Source: Candidatus Lindowbacteria bacterium RIFCSPLOWO2_12_FULL_62_27 (lineage in GTDB: Bacteria > Lindowbacteria > 2-12-FULL-62-27). From it: a stretch of DNA of 44,954 nt. The notes beneath the pieces were generated by a model. The model worked only from the letters and a program-made list of their open reading frames with translations, did no database searches and was not told where the DNA came from. Shown in pieces: positions 31,318 to 38,983 of this stretch. A program made the translations under genes and the position numbers. The stretch lies in the NCBI GenBank assembly GCA_001784175.1, contig MFPR01000040.1, forward strand, positions 1 through 44,954, in the 5' to 3' direction. The first letter of the stretch is position 1; each line of letters begins with the position of its first letter.

Positions 31318-34300
31318 GGCTGGTCCATATACTGGAGAAATGCCGTGCGGTTTTTCTGGTCTTCACTCGGCAGCGCCCGGATGAAAATCACGCCTGCCGT
31401 CGTCGGCGCCTGCGGCGACGTCGCCACAATGAAGTAATTGTCGTCCGCGGCCGTCGGCCACACCGTGATCGTCGCCTTGCCGAACGCGTTGCTCACCGCC
31501 GACTTGCTCATCACGCCCGGCGCGTCGATCCCGCCGGCCTCCGCGCGCAGCGTGAAATCGACCGGCTGGCCGGACCATGGCTGACCCTCCATGTCCCACA
31601 ACTTTACGGTCACGGTCACCGGCTGGCCCGCCACCACCGCCATGGAACGCTTGCCCTCCACCGTCAACACCGGATCCAGCGACGCGCCGCGTTTGATGAT
31701 CCGGTCCGACGCCTGCCACGCTTCGTGGCCCGCCTGGTCCACCGTCGCGATGTTTACGTAATAGTGGCCGCTCGCGCTCACGGAAAACGTCTGGTTGCTC
31801 GCGCTGATGTTGCCAAGAATGGATTTATTGTATTTGTCCAGATACGTCCACGTCCCCGAGGTGCTGGGCCGGTACCGAATTCGATAAGTGCTGAAATCCG
31901 ACATGCTCGCGGGGCTCCACACCGCCGTCAACGACGGGCCGTTGTCGATCACGTTCACGCCTGCAAGCGGCGCCGGCGGGGTCGCGTCGATCTTGAACTT
32001 GAAGTCCACTCCGTTGTTGTCGAACTTGATCCCGTCCGCCCACAACGCATACTGAACCACGGCGCCGTCCGCGATCAGGGCGTCGCTCGCGCCCGCAATC
32101 ACGCCGTCGTAGACCAGCGGGTTCCACGGACGCGCCGTCATCGCAACCGCACGGCTCTGGCCCTCGCCCGCGGCGCCGCCGACGTTCCATTTCAGCGCTA
32201 CCGTCGTCACGTCCATCGGCGACGACGTGAACTCGAACGTCACCGTGATGTCCGCCTTCATCAGCCACTCCGTGCCGTCCAGCGCGTGCGCCACGTTCAC
32301 GCCGTCCGTCGCCGGGTCCGTGAACGGCACCGCGTTGATCGTCGCCACTCGGAACGTGTCCGACACCGCCGTCTGGTTGCCCACGCCGTCCACCCACATG
32401 ATCGCCATCGTGTAGGTCTCGTTCGCCGTCAGATTCTGGACCGCCGTGCCGCTCGCGCGGATGTCCTTCAATATCGGCGCCTTCGCCGGGCCCCACACGT
32501 TCGCCGTCGCGGCGCTTACCGTGTCTCCCTTCTGATAGAGGATGCGGTACTCCACAAAATCCGAAACAGCCGACGAAACCGGCGCCCACGTCACCGCCAC
32601 CGAGGTGTTCCGGTTCGGGCCCACGTCAAAATAACCGCCGAATTTGAACTGCGTTACCGTGTCGCCCGCCACGCCGTCCACCTTGTACGAAAAGGTCGCG
32701 GCGCCGTTGCGGATCACGCCGGCGTCGGTGTTGAATACGAAAAAGACCGTCGAGTCGTTCGACAGCGACGGCAGCGTGCACGAATACTGGTTCGACGCGA
32801 CCGCCGTCATGGTCACGGTCGAGTCTGAACTGCCGCCCGGGCCGTCTGCCGGCGCCGCCGAAATTGTGTTCCAGTACAGCACCGGGTTCGCCACGCTCCG
32901 GTCAAACGTCACCGAGATTGTGTGCACCGCCTGCCGAAGACGCGCCGCGCCGGAGAAAATGTCGATGGTGTTCGCGCCGTCCGCCGCCGTTACGTAGTTC
33001 GCCTTCACCGGCGCCACCGTCGTCTCCGATACGGTGTCCGACAGGCCCGAGATGTTTCCGAGCAGGTCCACCGCCGCCACGCGCAGGTTGTAATAAAGAT
33101 TGGCGCCGAGCCCCGCAAGTTGCGTGGCGTTGGCCCCGACGTTGGACAGGCCCGGGTCCTGGGAGTTGGACCAGGACTTGGAGGACACCGTGACGGCGCC
33201 TGTGTCGTAGAATACCGCGTAATTGGAAAAATCGCCCGGGTTCGCAATCGGCGTCCACGCCAGCTTGAAGCCGTTCAGCGTCTTGTCGAGGATCCGCACG
33301 CCTGTCGGCGTGTCGGGGCCTACGATGTCCACGGAAAACCGGTAGGGCAGGCCGCCCCGCGTCATCAGAATCTCGTCCTGCGCGTCGGGATTGGTCGGAT
33401 CGTTTTCGGAGGATAAAATGAAACGTATTTCTTTGAGATGCTTCGCCTCCGGGATCGCCACGTCCGTGTCCACGGCCTTCGATCCGGCCGGTATCGAGAT
33501 CGACACGGCGGCGTCCGTCGCCACACCCGCCGACCGGCCGTCCGGCGTATTGTCGGTGTCGTACCAGAATTTCAACCCGCCGCTCACCGCCGGAATCTGC
33601 GTCAGCGTCAGCTTCAGCCGGTAAGGACCGGTCTTCAGTTTGTCCAGGCCCGACAGGTCCGTCGCCGTCCGTACCGTTGTGAGATTGGTCGTGTCGCTGA
33701 TCGAAACGCCCGAATGCGACAGGAACTGGTTGAGACCGCCCGGCGTCGTGTCCGTCACCACCGACCAGTCCGTCCGGGCGTTCACGTCCGACAGCTTCGA
33801 GCCGCTCACGTCCCGCTTGCGCGCGATCGAGGGCGTACGCTGGTAGGCCACCGTCGTGAAGGCGCGCACGGCGCCCGCTGAATCCGTCCCGGCCCAGTGC
33901 GTCGGTGTCAGCGCTGCCAGGTCCGTCGCGTTGATGTTGTCCAGCTTCGTGCCGCGATACACGACCGCGTCGATCGTGTCGCCCGCCGCCGACAAGAGCG
34001 CCACCTCGTCCGTCGCCGGCTCCAGGATCGGGCCGGCGACGTACAGGTCCCGGATGCCGTTGCCGTTCGCGTCGCCCGCCGCGTCCGTCTCGTCCGCGCC
34101 CGCCGTCAGCCACACCACGACGCGGGCGCCTTTTTGCAGCGTCACCGCCGACCCCGCCAGCGTCACCGGCGCAACGTCCAGATCGGTGATCTGAAAGGCC
34201 GAAATGTCGACCGGGCCGGTCACCGCCTCAAGCTCGATGAATTCCGGGCTCTCATTGATTCCCAATTCCGTGATCAACACCGAACCCCGCACGCCCGTCG

Positions 34301-37300
34301 TGCCTACGACTTGATTCGACAGCGGTCCCACGTTCCCGAGTCCGTCCACGCCTGCGATCCGCATCTTGTAGCTCGTGTTCGGCGCCATCTCCGTGATCGT
34401 CGTGATGTACGTCGACGCGAAATACAGCGCCAGATCGTCGTTCCGGTCCCACGTCAGGGAGGAGGAGGTCACGGTGTCGGTCGCGTAATAGATGACGTAG
34501 CCGGAAAAATTCTTCTGCATCCCCAGCGGGTTCCAGGTCAGCGTGAAACCCGTGCCCAGCGTGTCCGTGATCTGCAGGTTCGTCGGCGCCACCGTGATGC
34601 CCTCCACCACCTTGAAGAGATACGGAACGCCCGTATTATTGATGACCTGGCCGGAAATCACAAACACGAATTTAATCAGCGCGCCGTCCTGAATCTCACC
34701 GTCCGTGCCCGGAATCACCGCCTGCCACTGCGCGCCTGAGCCCGCCGCGAATACCTGCCGGTCCTGGCTGTTGATGCCGCCCGGGCCGTCCGGATTGTCC
34801 CCCACGTCGAACCAGATCTGAACGTTCGACGCGCTCGCCGGAACCTTGTCCAGCGTGAACGACACTGTGATCGCGTTGTCGGTCAGTGTGCCTGATCCGT
34901 CGAATTGCGTGATCTGCAGAATCCCGTCCGATGCGTTGCTCACGCTCACCAGCGTGCCGGTCTGCGTCGCGCCCGAAACCTGCGACGACAGCCCGCTGAC
35001 GTTTCCCAGCACATCCCGCGCCTGAATCGCGAAATAGTACGTCGTCGACAGCGTCAGCCCCGTGATCTGCGCGCTCGTCTGCGTCCGGCTGGACACCGTC
35101 AGGCTCGGCGACGCCGTCGTCACCGGACTTGAAGCCGAATAAAAAATATCGTACTGGAGAAAATCCGTGTCCGGAATCGCCGTCCAGCCTACCGTGATGT
35201 CGCTGTAACTCGTCGTCTGAACCGCAAAGCCGCCCGGTAGCGTCACGGAATCGTCGATCGTGTATCTGTAGTAACTGCCGCCCTTCGTGTCCAGAATGTT
35301 GTCGATCTGCACCAGAAACCGCACCTCGCGGCCGTTCGAGATGTTCGCGTCCGTCGAACCCGGAATGATCGCCGAATAATTGACCCCGCCGCCCGAACTC
35401 GTCACCTGCTGGTCCGCGCCCGATCCCCCCGGACCGTCCGGGTTCGCGTCCACGGCGTACCAGATCGACGTGCCGGTGTTCGGCGCTGTCTGCACCGCGT
35501 AGGTCACCGTGTGGTTGGTCTGCAGAAGTTTCTCCCCCCCGGTCAAAAGCGTCGCCGCGTTGTTGTTCGCGTCCGTCACCGAAATCGACGTCACCCCGTT
35601 CGACCCCGGCGCCGGCGGGGGCGCGGGCGCCGCCACCAGCGTCACGAAGCCCGCGCTCAGGCCGCTGATTGTGGCGTTGTTGTTGTCCGTCGTCGATACG
35701 AAAATCGTAGCGCTTGGGCCCGTGTTCGGCGAGTTCGTCACCGCGATCGTGAATACCAGCGTCTCTCCCGCGTCGATGTAGGCCGGCACCGAGGCCGTCG
35801 TGTAGGTCAATATGTTGCCGCTCTTGCTCACCGACCAGTTCGCCGGCGCCGCCTGCGCCGCGCTCGCCGTCTCGCTGCTCACCGACGAGCCCAAATCCAC
35901 CACCACGGTCGTGATCGGCCGCGCGCCCGCGATGTCGTTGCCGACCGACAGCGCCAGCGAGGACGGCGTGTTGACGACGTCCGCCGGAACCGGCGTGTCA
36001 AACACCACGCTCGCGGCGGGCTTCGCGCCCGGCAGCGCCGGCAGGCTCTGGGCCGTCACCACCGACAGCGGGCCTTCGTTGCCGTGCTTGTCCACCGCCA
36101 CCACCGCGATGTAGTAGGTGATGTTGTCCTGAAGCTGGTCCCCGGCGTTGACGGTCGAGATCGTCGTCGTCACAACCGCGCCCGCCGTCTGGTTCTTCAC
36201 CTGCGCCTCCGGATACATCCACGGGTCCTCGTCCGTCTGGCCGTCCGCGTCGTCGTTGTTCGACGTGAGACTCCCCGACCCGCTCGCGAATCCGTCCGCA
36301 TCGCCCACGGGGTCCTCATCCAGATAACCGTCCGCGTCGTTGTCCAGACCGTCCCCGATGTCTCGCTGGGTCGAAATCGCCGACGTCGACACAAAAATAA
36401 AATACCGGGATAGATCCGTATTGTTCGGCGCCGTCCAGCTTACCGATATCTGGTTCGACGCGCCTGAAACGTCCGTCGCCGTCAAGCCCGTTACCGCGCC
36501 CGGCGCCGTGTTGTCGAAACTGTCCGGCTGGCCGACGCTCTCGCTCGCCGGAAGCGCCATCGACCGCCGGTATTCCAGGGTGAATCTGCGGGCCAGACGG
36601 AAATCATAAACCACCAGGAAGTTCTCCACGTTCGCGCTGCCACTGGTGCTCCGCATCGACGCATAGGTGTGGTTTGCCGACCCGAAGGCGACTTTGTCCA
36701 TGTCGAAAATCATGACCTTGTGGTGGCCCTGGGCCGTAGTGAACGCGCCCCAGTCCCGGCAGGTGTGGCTCGATTGCAGGGAAGGGAGGTTCGCGAAATT
36801 GTCCACGTCCAACCAGCCCTCCACCAGCTTCGAGCCGGCCGCCGAGTTCAGCGCGTTGGCCAGCTCCGAGCTCATTCCGAACTGGTTGATCATGTAAAAA
36901 ACCGATTCGTTGCTGTTCGAAATGTGGTACATAATCACGTCCTTGAGCGCGCTGTTCGACGAATACGGCGACAGGTTGATGTTCCCGTTGTCGTCCGGAG
37001 CGAAAAACAGTTCGATCCGGTCGCCGTTCGGCGCCGTGAACAGGTTCTGGGGGGATTTCGTGTTTTCAACAAAGGCGCCGTTCACGAACTGGTCGTCCAG
37101 CTCCGTCAGATACGCCTGGGCAATCGACGGAATCCGGATGATCACCATGTTGTTCGGCTGCTCCGAATAGGCCCCGGCCGTCAAATTCATCGACCCCGTC
37201 ATCACCATCTTGGCGCCGATCGTGATGACCTTGTTGTGCGTGTTGGAGGAACTGGAGGGCGAGGCGATCATCGGAATTTGAGAACTTTTCGTTGCGTTGA

Positions 37301-37751
37301 TGTCTGTCAGATCGTCCCCGTCCGCAATGACCCGGATCGGCGCCGCGCCCGATTGGCCCGACCGGGTCGAAAATATGTTGTTGATGCCCCACGTCCCGTT
37401 AATGATGTCGTTCGTTCCCGACCCCCAGGAAAACGATGCGACGTAGATCGTGTCGGAATTCTGGGCCGAATACGCAAATTGCGATAGGTACCGCTCCATG
37501 TTGGAGCTGGTGGAAAAACTCGTCCCATTCCCGTTCGAGAATACCGCCCACCACCACGGCGCCCCCCACGCGCCGGACACACCCACTCCCAGGACCAAAA
37601 ACAAGCCCAGACAGACCGCCGCCATCCTCTGTCCGGGCCTCCTCTGCGCGGTTCGGGTTCGTATGATTTCTAAGCTACCCCGCACTCCGTATGCGTTGCA
37701 ACGCCCACTGCCGTCTTCACTTTTTACCTTCCAAAGAACGTCGTTATCCAT
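31314..37751 (-). CDS. Secreted multidomain protein: phospholipase D-superfamily (HKD, probably nuclease) domain + FN3 repeats + lamin-tail domain + C-terminal Ig-like domain
   Basis: Track ORF of 2145 aa. Signal-like AVCLGLFLVLGVGVSGAWG-A. Motif 1 HNKVITIG...TGSMN (~37185-37238) and motif 2 HHKVMIFD...FGSAN (~36670-36725). FN3 repeats such as 'ITVGWTAIPDTDFLQYDIFY...ITGLTLSTTYYFAIQARDVLGN'. LTD-like 'VLITELGINESPEFIELEAVTGPVDISAFQITD' (~34280). The start is uncertain: ATG 37625 has AGGAGG ~12 nt upstream and would give 2103 aa. Confidence 0.9.
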   Translation of the reverse strand: MDNDVLWKVKSEDGSGRCNAYGVRGSLEIIRTRTAQRRPGQRMAAVCLGLFLVLGVGVSGAWGAPWWWAVFSNGNGTSFSTSSNMERYLSQFAYSAQNSDTIYVASFSWGSGTNDIINGTWGINNIFSTRSGQSGAAPIRVIADGDDLTDINATKSSQIPMIASPSSSSNTHNKVITIGAKMVMTGSMNLTAGAYSEQPNNMVIIRIPSIAQAYLTELDDQFVNGAFVENTKSPQNLFTAPNGDRIELFFAPDDNGNINLSPYSSNSALKDVIMYHISNSNESVFYMINQFGMSSELANALNSAAGSKLVEGWLDVDNFANLPSLQSSHTCRDWGAFTTAQGHHKVMIFDMDKVAFGSANHTYASMRSTSGSANVENFLVVYDFRLARRFTLEYRRSMALPASESVGQPDSFDNTAPGAVTGLTATDVSGASNQISVSWTAPNNTDLSRYFIFVSTSAISTQRDIGDGLDNDADGYLDEDPVGDADGFASGSGSLTSNNDDADGQTDEDPWMYPEAQVKNQTAGAVVTTTISTVNAGDQLQDNITYYIAVVAVDKHGNEGPLSVVTAQSLPALPGAKPAASVVFDTPVPADVVNTPSSLALSVGNDIAGARPITTVVVDLGSSVSSETASAAQAAPANWSVSKSGNILTYTTASVPAYIDAGETLVFTIAVTNSPNTGPSATIFVSTTDNNNATISGLSAGFVTLVAAPAPPPAPGSNGVTSISVTDANNNAATLLTGGEKLLQTNHTVTYAVQTAPNTGTSIWYAVDANPDGPGGSGADQQVTSSGGGVNYSAIIPGSTDANISNGREVRFLVQIDNILDTKGGSYYRYTIDDSVTLPGGFAVQTTSYSDITVGWTAIPDTDFLQYDIFYSASSPVTTASPSLTVSSRTQTSAQITGLTLSTTYYFAIQARDVLGNVSGLSSQVSGATQTGTLVSVSNASDGILQITQFDGSGTLTDNAITVSFTLDKVPASASNVQIWFDVGDNPDGPGGINSQDRQVFAAGSGAQWQAVIPGTDGEIQDGALIKFVFVISGQVINNTGVPYLFKVVEGITVAPTNLQITDTLGTGFTLTWNPLGMQKNFSGYVIYYATDTVTSSSLTWDRNDDLALYFASTYITTITEMAPNTSYKMRIAGVDGLGNVGPLSNQVVGTTGVRGSVLITELGINESPEFIELEAVTGPVDISAFQITDLDVAPVTLAGSAVTLQKGARVVVWLTAGADETDAAGDANGNGIRDLYVAGPILEPATDEVALLSAAGDTIDAVVYRGTKLDNINATDLAALTPTHWAGTDSAGAVRAFTTVAYQRTPSIARKRDVSGSKLSDVNARTDWSVVTDTTPGGLNQFLSHSGVSISDTTNLTTVRTATDLSGLDKLKTGPYRLKLTLTQIPAVSGGLKFWYDTDNTPDGRSAGVATDAAVSISIPAGSKAVDTDVAIPEAKHLKEIRFILSSENDPTNPDAQDEILMTRGGLPYRFSVDIVGPDTPTGVRILDKTLNGFKLAWTPIANPGDFSNYAVFYDTGAVTVSSKSWSNSQDPGLSNVGANATQLAGLGANLYYNLRVAAVDLLGNISGLSDTVSETTVAPVKANYVTAADGANTIDIFSGAARLRQAVHTISVTFDRSVANPVLYWNTISAAPADGPGGSSDSTVTMTAVASNQYSCTLPSLSNDSTVFFVFNTDAGVIRNGAATFSYKVDGVAGDTVTQFKFGGYFDVGPNRNTSVAVTWAPVSSAVSDFVEYRILYQKGDTVSAATANVWGPAKAPILKDIRASGTAVQNLTANETYTMAIMWVDGVGNQTAVSDTFRVATINAVPFTDPATDGVNVAHALDGTEWLMKADITVTFEFTSSPMDVTTVALKWNVGGAAGEGQSRAVAMTARPWNPLVYDGVIAGASDALIADGAVVQYALWADGIKFDNNGVDFKFKIDATPPAPLAGVNVIDNGPSLTAVWSPASMSDFSTYRIRYRPSTSGTWTYLDKYNKSILGNISASNQTFSVSASGHYYVNIATVDQAGHEAWQASDRIIKRGASLDPVLTVEGKRSMAVVAGQPVTVTVKLWDMEGQPWSGQPVDFTLRAEAGGIDAPGVMSKSAVSNAFGKATITVWPTAADDNYFIVATSPQAPTTAGVIFIRALPSEDQKNRTAFLQYMDQP

Positions 37752-37801
37752 GAGACGAGATTATGTAGCGCCCAGAACAAGATACCACGGCCCCCAATTA
37801 T

Positions 37802-37831
37802 ATTATAATAATGTATATTTATATTAAGCAA
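37802..37831 (-). promoter_or_regulatory. Candidate sigma70-type promoter for the PLD/giant-gene operon
   Basis: Minus strand TTGCTT (37831-37826), N18, TATAAT (37807-37802) in AT-rich intergenic DNA upstream of the PLD gene. Confidence 0.5.
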
Positions 37832-37881
37832 TTTTAGGACCACTGGCGGGAATTGCGCTATTCAAAAAGGGATTTTTAGTG

Positions 37882-37896
37882 ACTTTAAGTTAAAGT
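37882..37896. promoter_or_regulatory. Perfect 7-1-7 inverted repeat, possible transcription-factor operator
   Basis: ACTTTAA-G-TTAAAGT, ~50 bp upstream of the candidate -35 above. The AT-rich context makes chance occurrence possible. Confidence 0.3.
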
Positions 37897-38129
37897 TGGT
37901 GGGTTGTTATATTTGAATTGTCAATAGGTTATATGTGAAGTACATCCAGCCTGTTTAATGCAGTGAAATTTTTGGTTATCGATGTGAGCGCCATCACTGA
38001 TTGCCACTGTATGCCAGTTTACTCAACATTACGCTTTCTATGTTGTTGTTTTTTCCACCATAGTGTTATGGTTTTCTATATATCTTTCCGTATTGTCTGT
38101 ATGTATTTTTACTGCACTTTCTCTCCTAC

Positions 38130-38840
38130 CTACAGCCCCGATTCCCTCTTCACCGCCTTCTCCACCATCTCCCTCACTCCTTTGTCGACCGCGAACACCA
38201 AATCCTCGTACTCGTCGCCCTTCTTCACGCTCGGCCACGCCATCCATATCCCATCCTTCCCATCAATCAGCTTGCATCCCTTGATCGTCACCGCATTGTT
38301 CAGCGTCACATCCGCAAATCCCTTCACTTTGCTGTGCCCATCCAGCTCCTTCCACCTGACTTCCGTCACCTTCAACGACCCAGGCTCCGCTCTCCCCTTC
38401 GCCCTCCCGTCTTTTATCGCATCCTTGATCTGCTTGGCTATGCTCTTATCCTCTAGAAACACAATATTATACTCCCTGCCGCCCTTCCCCGGACTCTTCG
38501 GAAAAAACAATAGCTCTCTTCCATCCTCCTCTCGTATCTCCAAGCCCTTGAAAACAATAGCCCTGTTTAGCGTTGCCGAATATTTGCCGCCCTTTTCCTT
38601 ACGAACCTCCGTAACCGCCAACTCACTCACCGGCTCATCCGATTTCGACTCCTTGCCCGCCGGCTCCCCCGCTTCCTCCTTGGCCTCCGGCTCTGCCGCC
38701 GGCTCCTCCGCAACGATTGTTTCTTTCTTGGCTGCCTGTTCTGTTTTACCGCAGGAAACCACAAACGGGACCAGACCGAAAGTTATTACAGTTATCGCTA
38801 CGACTGGTGAAAATTTCTTCAGCACGGAAAATTTTTTCAA
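38130..38840 (-). CDS. Lipoprotein with two tandem SpoVG-like domains (236 aa)
   Basis: TTG start at 38840 with SD AAGGAGGT 7 nt upstream. MKKFSVLKKFSPVVAITVITFGLVPFVVS-C is a lipoprotein signal, followed by an E/K/A/P-rich linker. The C-terminal domain LKVTEVRWKELDGHSKVKGFADVTLNNAVTIKGCKLIDGKDGIWMAWPSVKKGDEYEDLVFAVDKGVREMVEKAV follows the SpoVG pattern (xVTDVR...A.ITL....V..I.VIDG..GLFVAMPS.....GEY.D). The upstream domain LAVTEVR...ATLNRAIVFKGLEIRE...LLFFPKS...GREYNIVF...IAKQIKDAI is a degenerate copy. Confidence 0.85.
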   Translation of the reverse strand: MKKFSVLKKFSPVVAITVITFGLVPFVVSCGKTEQAAKKETIVAEEPAAEPEAKEEAGEPAGKESKSDEPVSELAVTEVRKEKGGKYSATLNRAIVFKGLEIREEDGRELLFFPKSPGKGGREYNIVFLEDKSIAKQIKDAIKDGRAKGRAEPGSLKVTEVRWKELDGHSKVKGFADVTLNNAVTIKGCKLIDGKDGIWMAWPSVKKGDEYEDLVFAVDKGVREMVEKAVKRESGL

Positions 38841-38847
38841 GGGACGG

Positions 38848-38855
38848 ACCTCCTT
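38848..38855 (-). promoter_or_regulatory. Shine-Dalgarno site of the SpoVG-like lipoprotein
   Basis: AAGGAGGT on the minus strand, 7 nt before TTG 38840. Confidence 0.75.
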
Positions 38856-38880
38856 TTGTTGTATAATGGTACAGACCCCG

Positions 38881-38909
38881 ATTCTGATTCTTCTCCCTAA
38901 TAATGTCAA
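38881..38909 (-). promoter_or_regulatory. Candidate sigma70 promoter of the SpoVG-like lipoprotein
   Basis: TTGACA (38909-38904), N17, CAGAAT (38886-38881). It lies downstream of the track's ATG 38933, which supports the TTG 38840 start. Confidence 0.6.
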
Positions 38910-38944
38910 GCTCTTTCGATTAAGAAATTCCATATACCTTTCCC

Positions 38945-38973
38945 TTGTTTCCAGCCCGCTTTTTGCATATAAT
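38945..38973 (+). promoter_or_regulatory. Candidate sigma70 promoter (divergent), directly before ATG 38984
   Basis: TTGTTT (38945-38950), N17, TATAAT (38968-38973). Confidence 0.55.
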
Positions 38974-38983
38974 CCCAGTATCT

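Noticed and set aside
11-31437. Dozens of other short plus- and minus-strand track ORFs overlapping the giant gene
   Set aside because: These are shadow ORFs of GC-rich coding DNA. They recur with the repeat period and have biased, non-protein-like composition.
37919-37924. Perfect minus-strand TTGACA as a -35 element
   Set aside because: No plausible -10 hexamer lies 16-18 bp downstream.
38841-38983. Track starts at ATG 38933 (-) and TTG 38945 (+)
   Set aside because: Both extensions overlap predicted promoters and bury the signal peptides. TTG 38840 (strong SD) and ATG 38984 fit better.
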